This document shows, one piece after another, positions 17,825-26,946 of a stretch of DNA of 64,000 bases. Within the stretch, counting starts at the first letter, position 1; each line of letters starts with the position of its first letter. A program made the translations under genes and the position numbers. Source of the DNA: Escherichia phage vB_EcoM_EP57. The DNA lies in the sequence record OR544956, one strand, 5' to 3'. The notes under the pieces are model-generated. The model worked only from the letters and a program-made list of their open reading frames with translations. It was not told the DNA's origin and made no database searches.

Positions 17825-18180
17825 TAGAACGTTTCTCCTTTTAAAATAATTACTGTAAACTTTGCAGTTTTTTCACTCTTAATATTCTTGACTAATAAGT
17901 ATTCTCCTCCAGGGGCATCTTTATACTGTTTAATAGCTACTATTTCATTTTTGCAAGTGGCTATAATCGAATAAAAAGGACGTTCCGTGTTATCTTCTTT
18001 TCCTGTATATGCCTCAACATCTTGGCACTCTTCCAGAACACCATTTCCAGGTGTATAGTAAAATTTGTTGCCTGTGATTACAACATCTTTACCAATATCT
18101 GTTTTAACTGCTACAAATTTTTGAGCGTAAGTGGTGAAGCTTACGGTAGCCAGCAATGTGGCTAAGATTAATTTTTTCAT
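17824..18180 (-). CDS. secreted hypothetical protein (118 aa)
   Basis: signal peptide MKKLILATLLATVSFTTYA; overlaps ATPase start. Confidence 0.55.
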   Translation of the reverse strand: MKKLILATLLATVSFTTYAQKFVAVKTDIGKDVVITGNKFYYTPGNGVLEECQDVEAYTGKEDNTERPFYSIIATCKNEIVAIKQYKDAPGGEYLLVKNIKSEKTAKFTVIILKGETF

Positions 18181-18191
18181 AAACTTCCCTC

Positions 18192-18356
18192 CTATTCCCA
18201 CAACATACAAATCGCAGCGACAAACATATTAGCAATAGCCGCACCAAGAACTATAAACATCGCCAGTTCAGAACAATATTCACCAACCAGAGGGGATACT
18301 ATTGCACAAAGTAGTCCCAATGTCAAACACAAGTTGATGATGAAGTTTAAAATCAT
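18192..18356 (-). CDS. small membrane protein (54 aa)
   Basis: hand-found ORF, GTAAGGAGAGAAT RBS. Confidence 0.35.
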   Translation of the reverse strand: MILNFIINLCLTLGLLCAIVSPLVGEYCSELAMFIVLGAAIANMFVAAICMLWE

Positions 18357-18517
18357 ATTCTCTCCTTACAACCAACCCTTTGCCTGGTAGCCTTTAGAAA
18401 ATCCATCTTCCCATTCTTCGAATTCCTTTTTGTGTATGGATTTACTTTATTAAACATACCAAACTTGAACCCTGCGGTATACCCTTTCTTAAAAGCTATT
18501 GATTCTAAAGAGATCAT
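18353..18517 (-). CDS. hypothetical basic protein (54 aa)
   Basis: ORF trimmed to ATG with AAGAGGAGAAAG RBS. Confidence 0.4.
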   Translation of the reverse strand: MISLESIAFKKGYTAGFKFGMFNKVNPYTKRNSKNGKMDFLKATRQRVGCKERI

Positions 18518-18530
18518 ATTCTTTCTCCTC

Positions 18531-19014
18531 TTAGAACTCGACAATGATTTTGTCTAAGTGTTCTGCTTCAACTTGGGATAATGTTAACACCTGCACCAAA
18601 CCTCTGTCAATGCCTAATTTGATCACTTGCAAATAATCACCGAAAAGATCCTTAACATTACATACTCCCGTATTCTGGTTCAATATTATGTTTACGACAA
18701 ATGGTATCCCAACGTTCATTACCAAAACTTCTTCCATGTAGAGCGTTAAATGCGAAATGCTCTGCCAACCACAATACTACATCATCAGGATCTGTGTCAA
18801 GAGGAATTCTAAACTCTCGATCATAACGCATACGCAGAATAAAATCCTTATCATCTTCAAGGAGATACATGTGACTTTTAGCCCGTGATGCCAAATCAAA
18901 GAAAGGAGGCTCATCTTTCCAAACGTGACGCTCAACTTCAACACCATGATCAACTACCAGAGTAGCGATCACCTCTCTCATTTCTTTACTAAACATATTA
19001 CCTCCATTAACCAA
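18531..19014 (-). CDS. hypothetical protein, possibly frameshifted
   Basis: ORFs 18658..19014 and 18531..18737 overlap in different frames, both protein-like. Confidence 0.4.
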
Positions 19015-19195
19015 TTAGTTCAACCGATTTGCAAATGTAAATCCAAACTGGAGTGAGCATAAGAGCTATACCGAATACACAATTCCACTTAATTCCCATT
19101 TCCTCTATTAGAGACATGATTAAGCCAACAGCACTAATAATCAGATAGATCCCTAAGAAAGCCATTGTGAAGAATTCAGACATATTTAGCTCCAA
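19007..19195 (-). CDS. small membrane protein (62 aa)
   Basis: hydrophobic ORF. Confidence 0.45.
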   Translation of the reverse strand: MELNMSEFFTMAFLGIYLIISAVGLIMSLIEEMGIKWNCVFGIALMLTPVWIYICKSVELIG

Positions 19196-19542
19196 AGATT
19201 ATCAAAATAACTAGCGAATAAAAGACGGCCCTCTAATCGTGCCTTCCTTTGATCTTCAGCATACACGATTTCTGGATTACCACTATCAATAAAAGCATTC
19301 TCCATCTTTTCTAAAATATTTAACCACTCTCTTCTACCTGTCTCCTCTTCTTCATCTGTATACGGCGCACTTCTATTTGGATACAAAACACGCATCAGTT
19401 TAGTGGGGATCATGACAAACGTGCTATTGTTTGCCTTCTCACGGAAGGCTTTAATTCCTGCATAGATTACCTTCCCCAAAGCTGCATCCAAATCCATCAG
19501 GTCACTTTCTTCTATTTGAATTTCATCGTGTACAATTTTCAT
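19186..19542 (-). CDS. hypothetical protein (118 aa)
   Basis: ORF. Confidence 0.55.
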   Translation of the reverse strand: MKIVHDEIQIEESDLMDLDAALGKVIYAGIKAFREKANNSTFVMIPTKLMRVLYPNRSAPYTDEEEETGRREWLNILEKMENAFIDSGNPEIVYAEDQRKARLEGRLLFASYFDNLWS

Positions 19543-19826
19543 CGTGCCTTCTCCCGATCTGCATCTAATTTCAACAAGAAAGCTGTATACTCTTCCGAAC
19601 CTTGGTGTAAAAACATGCGATAAGAGCTTACCAGTTTCTTGGTCGTTGTATAACGTTCCATTTCCCCAACAACACCTCCACCTAGTGTGTAGAGCACAAT
19701 ACCTTCAACTCCAACATGGGTTACTACTTCAACCAAGTCTGTGTTATCCCAATGATAGTTAGGTGACACAATAAGATCGCCAACTGCCAGTTTAATGTTT
19801 GCTACTTCATTTTGTGAATAATACAT
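19539..19826 (-). CDS. hypothetical protein (95 aa)
   Basis: ORF trimmed to ATG with GAGAGGAGG RBS. Confidence 0.5.
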   Translation of the reverse strand: MYYSQNEVANIKLAVGDLIVSPNYHWDNTDLVEVVTHVGVEGIVLYTLGGGVVGEMERYTTTKKLVSSYRMFLHQGSEEYTAFLLKLDADREKAR

Positions 19827-19863
19827 TTGGTCCTCCTCTCTTAATTGATGGAAGTAGTATACC

Positions 19864-20355
19864 TTACCACATAATCTCGCGCAACTCTTTTTCTTCTTTA
19901 AAATTACGTAAGTTTTCCAGTGCACGATTTAGGTCTTCTTCCGTCTCTGCTTTCTGGACTTTTTCCATCATTTTCGCAACAATATTTTTCTTAACTTGCA
20001 AATCTGGAACAGGCATACGTTTTTCCATTTCATAAGCTTCTCGTTTATGACGTTCCTCCATCTCTGCTTTTTCTTTCACCCAATCCGCCTCGTCCATTGC
20101 ACCTTTGCAGACACAAGTGTAACCTTTAATAGTATAATCACCATGTTCAATACCAGGTTGAAGAGCTAAGGCTTCATTACCACAATACGCGCACAACGGA
20201 CGACCTGGCATTTTCAAAGTTTTGGTAGCCTTAGCGCCACATTGACTATCCCAGCTTGTTTTATAACTGGAACCGTTGTCTCCGTGAGAACGACCAACCA
20301 AGAAGTTACGGAAGAAACCCATAGCACGTTCGTCAATGTAATCAGGGTAAGCCAT
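19864..20355 (-). CDS. Cys-rich hypothetical protein (163 aa)
   Basis: CAYCG..C.C zinc-ribbon-like spacing. Confidence 0.6.
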   Translation of the reverse strand: MAYPDYIDERAMGFFRNFLVGRSHGDNGSSYKTSWDSQCGAKATKTLKMPGRPLCAYCGNEALALQPGIEHGDYTIKGYTCVCKGAMDEADWVKEKAEMEERHKREAYEMEKRMPVPDLQVKKNIVAKMMEKVQKAETEEDLNRALENLRNFKEEKELREIMW

Positions 20356-20367
20356 TATATTCTCCTT

Positions 20368-20661
20368 TCACATTAAGACACGTTTTGTGTCGATGGGTGC
20401 ATTATCAAACATGTTAAGAACATTGTCAAGCAGTTTTACTAATTCATTTGTAATTTGTTCTTTTGAACGGGAGGAAGTGAGCACTTTGCTTTCACCAACG
20501 ATATGCATAACTTTTATAGGAGCGTCTAAAATGATGTTGTGTTGACGATCCTCTTCAAAAGAAGCCAACCATTTCTCATTGTTACCGTGCAAGGCTACAA
20601 TCACACCAAAACCGTTAATTGTTTCAGAAATATTCTTAGTTGCTAAAGTAATGTTCATCAT
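20368..20661 (-). CDS. hypothetical protein (97 aa)
   Basis: ORF, first gene of leftward block. Confidence 0.55.
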   Translation of the reverse strand: MMNITLATKNISETINGFGVIVALHGNNEKWLASFEEDRQHNIILDAPIKVMHIVGESKVLTSSRSKEQITNELVKLLDNVLNMFDNAPIDTKRVLM

Positions 20662-20717
20662 CTACCTCTCTTGTTAATGTTCATACATGATACCTGAAAA
20701 TAATTTCAGATCAAGTG

Positions 20718-20745
20718 TTGACATGCTTTTTAGTCCTGTTAAGAT
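20718..20745 (+). promoter_or_regulatory. sigma70-type promoter for rightward block
   Basis: TTGACA-N16-TAAGAT then AAGAGGAG RBS. Confidence 0.55.
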
Positions 20746-20775
20746 CAACTCATACAAAACAAGAGGAGAAAACAA

Positions 20776-21204
20776 ATGCAAAACATGACTTGGACCGAAG
20801 CTAAAGAAGCGATGCAGAATGGCAAACGTGTGAAGCACGAATACTTCTGTAGTGATGAGTGGTTTGAGATGCAATACGGTGTTATTCTGGATGAGCATGG
20901 CTACAATATGTCAAACTGGTTCCGAGGGGAAGCTTGGCAAGAACAGGGTTGGTTTGTAATTGAAAAAGAAGACAGTAAGGAAGAAGGCGTGTTGTCTAAT
21001 GTAGAACGCGAGATGAGGGAAACAAAGATACCTGCTTTGGATTTTGTATACCTGGAAGAACTTGTGGCAGCATCTTTTGTAGCAGGAAACCTTTGGAATA
21101 CACCTGTTAGCCGACTGGAGAACCAAAATAACCCGTCTGCTCGTAATCACAAGCTTTATAAGGGTAAAGGTCACAACAAATTAAAGAAAGGAAAGAAGAA
21201 ATGA
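20776..21204 (+). CDS. hypothetical protein (142 aa)
   Basis: ORF. Confidence 0.6.
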   Translation: MQNMTWTEAKEAMQNGKRVKHEYFCSDEWFEMQYGVILDEHGYNMSNWFRGEAWQEQGWFVIEKEDSKEEGVLSNVEREMRETKIPALDFVYLEELVAASFVAGNLWNTPVSRLENQNNPSARNHKLYKGKGHNKLKKGKKK

Positions 21205-21350
21205 TCTACAAAAACAAGTTCACTGGTTGTCTCCGTAAATTTATCGATAAGAAAGGGTTTGTTTCTCTTGACAAGGGTGTTACGTGGGTGCAAAATGGCA
21301 CTTCAGAACAACTGATCAAGGCTTTACCTTACTATGAGGAGGTTTTATGA
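21201..21350 (+). CDS. small hypothetical protein (49 aa)
   Basis: hand-found ORF, ATGA coupling both ends. Confidence 0.4.
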   Translation: MIYKNKFTGCLRKFIDKKGFVSLDKGVTWVQNGTSEQLIKALPYYEEVL

Positions 21351-21607
21351 CACTTTATCACGTAACTACAGAAGGCGACTGTGAAGGCCGCACTACAAAA
21401 GATTTGGGGTATGTTGAAGCAGATTCACCTGAACATGCTATCAAATACCTGCATTCCATCGGGAAGTATGCGGGTTATGAGTATACTATCTACGAGGTTG
21501 AAATTATTAACCTTATACAAGTGGCAACTCCTATGGCAGAGTTGAAACATCTTAAGGCAAAAGTAAGACCTGGTGTAGTGTCCGATTACAAAGGGGAAGT
21601 AAAGTGA
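21347..21607 (+). CDS. hypothetical protein (86 aa)
   Basis: ORF. Confidence 0.55.
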   Translation: MTLYHVTTEGDCEGRTTKDLGYVEADSPEHAIKYLHSIGKYAGYEYTIYEVEIINLIQVATPMAELKHLKAKVRPGVVSDYKGEVK

Positions 21608-21816
21608 GTGGATGGATTAAAGTATCTGGTACCGAGAATGTTCCTATCGGAGAGTGGCTTGTAATCATGGCAAACGGCAAGAAGGGATTCTGTGAAGTTA
21701 ACAAAACACGCAATGGCACGATAGCTGTTATCAATGGTCATTTTTATTTTGACTTGGCACCTGTGATCGCATACCATGCACTACCAACATATGAAGAGGA
21801 GATTAACAATGGCTAA
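21604..21816 (+). CDS. hypothetical protein (70 aa)
   Basis: ORF, GTG start. Confidence 0.5.
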   Translation: MSGWIKVSGTENVPIGEWLVIMANGKKGFCEVNKTRNGTIAVINGHFYFDLAPVIAYHALPTYEEEINNG

Positions 21817-22132
21817 CAAAGAACCACACGTATATACTGCACTGGTAAAGCACTTGAACAAAGAACGTAACAGGATCATTGCAGATTATCGTAAATTTAA
21901 ACGTAGTAGTCTAAATCGTAAATACATGCCACATGCAGCTTTTGACGCTACACGTGCAGTATTTCGTGCAAAGATTGCGGAAATGGATAATCTGCTTAAG
22001 CTTGCACGATTATCTATTCAGGCATCCAAAGTAACAGGGGTCACTCACTTCTTTGACTTCGATACTAAAGCACTATATGCACCAGAAGCAGGTGAACAAT
22101 TGATTTATCTACTTACCAAAAATAAGTGTTGA
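21809..22132 (+). CDS. hypothetical protein (107 aa)
   Basis: ORF trimmed to ATG after GAGGAG. Confidence 0.55.
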   Translation: MANKEPHVYTALVKHLNKERNRIIADYRKFKRSSLNRKYMPHAAFDATRAVFRAKIAEMDNLLKLARLSIQASKVTGVTHFFDFDTKALYAPEAGEQLIYLLTKNKC

Positions 22133-22301
22133 CTTTTTTCAAAAAATATGCTACCCTAACCCCGAAGGGTCGAGCGATAGCGAGTATAGATTATGTAATA
22201 GATTAATCTCTATCGTTAGATGTTCGAAGAATAGAGATTTAAGTACTTGTTCTTATCGGTAGATGATCGTAAGATCAAGAACAATAATAGGAGAGTATGT
22301 T

Positions 22302-22499
22302 ATGTTAGTCAGTGAAATACTACCTGACTCTAATGGTAATCAGATCACTGTTGATTGGTTTCCTGGTACTGGTACACTAGATCTAACTGCTGAATGGTCT
22401 GGTGATATTTATGGAGAAGGTGTATTATCATTGTCTACAGAACAAATGATCATCCTTCGTGACTTCTTAATTAGTTTAGATCTAGGAGAAAACAAATGA
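22302..22499 (+). CDS. hypothetical protein (65 aa)
   Basis: ORF trimmed to ATG after AGGAGAG. Confidence 0.5.
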   Translation: MLVSEILPDSNGNQITVDWFPGTGTLDLTAEWSGDIYGEGVLSLSTEQMIILRDFLISLDLGENK

Positions 22500-22765
22500 G
22501 TAAAACTTCTGTTGAGTTTATCGAGAAATCCCCTGTTCCAAAGTTATACCGTTTATCTGAAATTGAACCTATGTCTGTTTTCTACTACTACGATTCAGAA
22601 GTAAGTGAACAAGAACGGGACTACTACTTAGCTACAGATACAGGTGCAGTGTGCTTAACAGGTTCTCGTGCAGGAGAATACATTGTGACTAGTCGTTTTA
22701 ATGAAGCAGATTACTGTTGGGCTAAGGTTGAAACTAAGATTGTCATCAACATCACTAATCATTAA
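22496..22765 (+). CDS. hypothetical protein (89 aa)
   Basis: ORF. Confidence 0.55.
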   Translation: MSKTSVEFIEKSPVPKLYRLSEIEPMSVFYYYDSEVSEQERDYYLATDTGAVCLTGSRAGEYIVTSRFNEADYCWAKVETKIVINITNH

Positions 22766-22787
22766 GACTAATCTGACAAAGAGTTAC

Positions 22788-22817
22788 TTGACATGTGCAA
22801 AGCTCTTTGTGTAGAAT
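22788..22817 (+). promoter_or_regulatory. sigma70-type promoter within inverted repeat
   Basis: TTGACA-N17-TAGAAT; caaagag..ctctttg dyad spans -35. Confidence 0.5.
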
Positions 22818-22847
22818 AAAGATTCACTTACTAAGGAGATTTTATAA

Positions 22848-23045
22848 ATGGCTACAAAGAAACAGAAAATGAAATGTCTTACTCTCACTGAACTGGGTCA
22901 AGCTTCCAACTGCGTTACTGTTGGTAAGATTTATTCTACAGTTCTTGATAAAGACAACAACAGTTTTACTTTCAAAGATGATAACGGAAACCCTCAAGTT
23001 GGAATCTACCCTTCCTGTGCTTTTGGTACTTGGGAAAAAGTGTAA
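22848..23045 (+). CDS. hypothetical protein (65 aa)
   Basis: ORF with AAGGAG RBS. Confidence 0.55.
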   Translation: MATKKQKMKCLTLTELGQASNCVTVGKIYSTVLDKDNNSFTFKDDNGNPQVGIYPSCAFGTWEKV

Positions 23046-23087
23046 CTAATTAGAGGGTATACTTGTAAACAAGATTAAGGAGGCATT

Positions 23088-23261
23088 TATGGGAGATAAA
23101 CAAAGTAACATCCGTTACGCGCTTTATGGAAGAATGGGTGCAGATTGTGAATGGATGCTTCTGTCGCAACGTATACCCTCTTACAAAGAGGCTCTTGAAA
23201 AAAGAGACTATTATAAACAAACATGGCGTTTTGTCATTTGTAAACACTATTTGGAGGCGTG
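23088..23261 (+). CDS. small hypothetical protein (57 aa)
   Basis: hand-found ORF with AAGGAGG RBS. Confidence 0.45.
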
Positions 23262-23413
23262 ATGAGTACATTATCATTAGCAGTTATGGTACATCAACAG
23301 TATGAAGAAGCTGTGAAAGATTCAGAAAACCCTTCTACATTGGTGTTTGAAGATCGGACTGGTCTTAAATGGGTAGAATCTGGGGATGAACTCTACTTTT
23401 GGTATCCACTCTG
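23261..23413 (+). CDS. small hypothetical protein (50 aa)
   Basis: hand-found ORF with GGAGG RBS. Confidence 0.4.
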
Positions 23414-23438
23414 ATCGCACGTATGTGTTTAGGTTAAT

Positions 23439-23807
23439 ATGAAGGTATTAAACTTTTACCATTTAGGCAAAACAATCCCAGAGGGTGCTGTTTATATTGG
23501 TAGAGCAATGCCACATATGGGACTAAAAGCCTCTAAGTTTGCAAATCCTTTTAAGTTAAAAGATGATGAACCACGAGGATCAACCATACAAAGGTATAAA
23601 GAGTGGTTGTGGGAGCAAATTCGTTGTGGTAAGATCACTCTTGAAGATTTATTAGAGTTAGAAGGGAAAGATTTAGTTTGCTTCTGCTCACCTCAACCTT
23701 GTCATGGAGATGTATTGGTAGCAGCCGTGGCTTGGGCTAGAAAAGAGTGGGACAAAAGGCATCCTACTTATGTAGACAATTATTGGATTTGGGAGGAGAA
23801 TTTTTGA
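23439..23807 (+). CDS. DUF4326-like protein (122 aa)
   Basis: YIGR, SKFANPF and C..C.P..CH signature recalled from DUF4326 family. Confidence 0.4.
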   Translation: MKVLNFYHLGKTIPEGAVYIGRAMPHMGLKASKFANPFKLKDDEPRGSTIQRYKEWLWEQIRCGKITLEDLLELEGKDLVCFCSPQPCHGDVLVAAVAWARKEWDKRHPTYVDNYWIWEENF

Positions 23808-24157
23808 AAAATATTATTGATGTAGATGTGTTTGGTATCACAACACTACAAGACAAACAAGCAACACTGTATTATCATAAAAAAGAGGACCAAGCTTACA
23901 TCTACATCGGGGCAGAAAAGTTTGGTGTCGGAGATATGGTTTTAAATGTTGAAGGAGATCTTCCTTTAGAACAAAAGTTGAAAGTTTTTCGTTTCACAGG
24001 AGATGTTAAACTAGATGGCGTTATCGCAATCCTACAAGAAGACCATTATTATATGGTAACTTTCGTTACTCCTGCTTTCTCTGGCCTTAATGGAGAAGAA
24101 GCTCTTAATGATGTTATTATCTTAAAGATTGGTAATGCTCTAAACGATGTAAACTAA
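23804..24157 (+). CDS. hypothetical protein (117 aa)
   Basis: ORF, likely TTG start after GGGAGGAG. Confidence 0.45.
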   Translation: MKNIIDVDVFGITTLQDKQATLYYHKKEDQAYIYIGAEKFGVGDMVLNVEGDLPLEQKLKVFRFTGDVKLDGVIAILQEDHYYMVTFVTPAFSGLNGEEALNDVIILKIGNALNDVN

Positions 24158-24170
24158 AGGGGGAGTGAGT

Positions 24171-24680
24171 ATGTTCTTTGATGCAAATTCTCTTTTTGTA
24201 TCTACAGCAGGGCAGTCTGCTGTTAATGCAGAATTTGAGGAAAGAGAAGAATGGATTGATAATCACAACTACGATCCAAGTAATTTAAACTGGTGCAGTT
24301 TGGATGTTGGTAATCTTAGTAGAGATAATGCACTTAGAGCATACTACTCTGTATATACTGTTGACAATCTTTATCAATACTACGTGTTTCGTAGTCTTAT
24401 TGTTAATCTTAATTTAGCTGGACGTTTAAAGAACAATAAGGCATTCACATTGGGACATTATATTCCCTTCCGTAAAGGTGGTGTGCATTTTCCATGTAAT
24501 TGGATTATTCAAACACGAAAAGAAAACAGTTTAGCAGGAGACACTATGCCAAGATTTAAAGATAAGTGGACATGGGAAAAACAAATGGGATACATTAATG
24601 CACATTTGCCACCTAATCTAAAAGAACCTTACGCCAGCAGAGCTAAGGAAATGATGAGGATTGTCAAGAGTTTTTATTAA
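24171..24680 (+). CDS. hypothetical protein (169 aa)
   Basis: ORF with AGGGGGAG RBS. Confidence 0.55.
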   Translation: MFFDANSLFVSTAGQSAVNAEFEEREEWIDNHNYDPSNLNWCSLDVGNLSRDNALRAYYSVYTVDNLYQYYVFRSLIVNLNLAGRLKNNKAFTLGHYIPFRKGGVHFPCNWIIQTRKENSLAGDTMPRFKDKWTWEKQMGYINAHLPPNLKEPYASRAKEMMRIVKSFY

Positions 24681-24694
24681 GAGAGGAGAAATAC

Positions 24695-26287
24695 GTGTCT
24701 ACACAATTGAGTTTTACACCTACCGATGAACAATACGCTATTGAAAGTGGGTATAAAGAAAATCGTTTCGTTACAATTCAAGCTAAATCTGGATCAGGTA
24801 AAACGTCAACACTATATATGTTGGCTAATGGCACAAATGATAGTATTCTATACTTGGCGTTTAACAAAAGTATGGCAGAGGAAGCTCGGCGTAAAATGCC
24901 GCCTAACGTTATGTGCCGAACGCTACATTCAATCTGTTACCAGCGTCTTCCACAAAACCTTCGACACAAATTATCTCGTCCAGAAGGTCAATATGTTAAC
25001 GTAGCTGGAACTGGTAGTGAGATTGCCAAAAAATTCAAGATTCAGAACTTGATTGATAAGAATGGTAAAGTGCTACTGACTCGTGCAATGATCGGGTTAA
25101 TGGTAAAACAAACTTTAGCTAAATATGAGTTTTCTGACGATGAACATATTGGACATAAACATTTTCCTAAAGTGCATATGTCAGATCTTAAACGTAAGAA
25201 TATCAACGAACAAAAACTTATTAACGAAGTTGTTAAATATGCGAAGCAACTTTGGCGTGAGCGTATTGATCCTAAATCAGAAACCATTATGACTCATGAC
25301 ACCTATGTGAAACTCTTTGAATTGAGCAAAGAAGATTTAGGATACGATATTATTTTTGGAGATGAATTCCAGGATGTTAACCCTGCATTCCTGTCTATCC
25401 TTCGCAATGCTAAATCGGCTAAACGTATTGTTGTTGTGGGTGATGAATTTCAGAGTATTTATCAGTTCCGTGGAAGCCAGAACATGATGAAGCAAACAGC
25501 TACATATGGGGTTGAGTTGCCTCTGACAGCTTGTTTTCGCTTTGGTCCTAAAGTTGCGGACATTGCTAATGCGATCCTTTCTGATCGTTCACCTCTGAAG
25601 CATCCGCTGGTAGGCAAAGGTTATGATACTGTCACTGGAAGTTTTCATTCTGATGTGGTAGATTATAGTAAACCTTACACCATTATTTTCCGTAAGAATT
25701 TGACTCTGTTGCTCGAAGCTATGGACCGAATCGCTAACGGAGAAGAGATTATTATTAACGTAGATACCAAAGATTTCATTTCTATGGTTGATAGTGTTAA
25801 TGCTTTACGTAGAGGCGATTTGGACAAAGTTAAGCATGAGACAGTTCTCCCTTACACCTCTTGGGAAGAATTTGTAGAGTGTGCAGAATCAGATCCTGAT
25901 GCAAAACGACTTTTAAACATTGTTGTTTCTGGTAAAGCTAATAATATTGCATACACTTTACGTATGCACCGTAACTCTCCAACGGCTAAAGTTACTTTAA
26001 CTACAGCCCACAAATCAAAAGGTTTGGAGTGGGATCAGGTTATTGTTGCAAATGACTTCCCTTCTAATTATGATAAGAAGGGTGAGTGGGTAGGTCTTGA
26101 AGAATCAGAACGAAACCTTCTGTATGTTGCACATACACGTTGTATTAAATGTCTACAATGGAACCAGACTGTTCAAGAGATTCTAGACATGCATCGTTTA
26201 GGTAAGAGCACGGCTCCTGTATCCGAAGAAGATAAGCTTATAGCTGCCCTTGCTCGTAAGATTAATCAAATCAGAGAGGATCGTTAA
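24695..26287 (+). CDS. UvrD/Rep-family SF1 DNA helicase
   Basis: Walker A SGSGKTS, DEFQD, GDEFQSIYQFRGS, TAHKSKGLEWD. Confidence 0.8.
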   Translation: MSTQLSFTPTDEQYAIESGYKENRFVTIQAKSGSGKTSTLYMLANGTNDSILYLAFNKSMAEEARRKMPPNVMCRTLHSICYQRLPQNLRHKLSRPEGQYVNVAGTGSEIAKKFKIQNLIDKNGKVLLTRAMIGLMVKQTLAKYEFSDDEHIGHKHFPKVHMSDLKRKNINEQKLINEVVKYAKQLWRERIDPKSETIMTHDTYVKLFELSKEDLGYDIIFGDEFQDVNPAFLSILRNAKSAKRIVVVGDEFQSIYQFRGSQNMMKQTATYGVELPLTACFRFGPKVADIANAILSDRSPLKHPLVGKGYDTVTGSFHSDVVDYSKPYTIIFRKNLTLLLEAMDRIANGEEIIINVDTKDFISMVDSVNALRRGDLDKVKHETVLPYTSWEEFVECAESDPDAKRLLNIVVSGKANNIAYTLRMHRNSPTAKVTLTTAHKSKGLEWDQVIVANDFPSNYDKKGEWVGLEESERNLLYVAHTRCIKCLQWNQTVQEILDMHRLGKSTAPVSEEDKLIAALARKINQIREDR

Positions 26288-26518
26288 ATGGCGGGGTATC
26301 ACATAACAGACATTAAGAAACAACCTTATGGCAGCATAGAAAAGATTAAAGAGGAAGTAGAAGAACTTTTTGATGCTGTTGAGCAGGATTGCAAAATAAT
26401 GCAACTTGTTGAATTGTCAGATATTATAGGTGCTGTCGAGGGAGTTTTAGAACAACAGTTCCCAGATATGACTTTACCCACGTTACCGCAAGCGTCGTCA
26501 GAAGCCGCCAGTAGGTAA
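26288..26518 (+). CDS. hypothetical protein (76 aa)
   Basis: ORF. Confidence 0.45.
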   Translation: MAGYHITDIKKQPYGSIEKIKEEVEELFDAVEQDCKIMQLVELSDIIGAVEGVLEQQFPDMTLPTLPQASSEAASR

Positions 26519-26573
26519 GAAGAGTGTCGTTCGTGTCCTTTACACTACACAGCAGACATACACATTTAAAAAT

Positions 26574-26846
26574 GTGGTAGACGTGCAAGTGACCGAGGAG
26601 CGAGTTTATATCCAATATGATCGTGAAGTTACAGAGGGTATTAAAGAATCGGTTACTACCGAAATTGAAAATAAGCTTGTTATGGCAATCATTGTAGAAG
26701 AAAGTAAAGTAGAGAACGGTAAAGCCTACACTGTTCGTGATAGTTTCTTGCGTAACATTGATGGAACTTGGGATTATAATGGACACGATGGGACCGCTGT
26801 AAAGAACGGTAAGATCATGGGAAGACAATTCCTCTCCAAACGATAA
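26574..26846 (+). CDS. hypothetical protein (90 aa)
   Basis: ORF, GTG start. Confidence 0.45.
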   Translation: MVDVQVTEERVYIQYDREVTEGIKESVTTEIENKLVMAIIVEESKVENGKAYTVRDSFLRNIDGTWDYNGHDGTAVKNGKIMGRQFLSKR

Positions 26847-26852
26847 AACTTA

Positions 26853-26877
26853 AAGGCGCACTTTGCGCCTTTTTTGA
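26853..26877 (+). terminator. rho-independent terminator
   Basis: AAGGCGCA-CTTT-GCGCCTT plus TTTTTTG. Confidence 0.65.
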
Positions 26878-26946
26878 TTTTCCTCAAAGCTTTTTTCGGT
26901 TGGAAGAGGTAGAATAATAGTTCTACTCACAAAATAAGGATTAATA

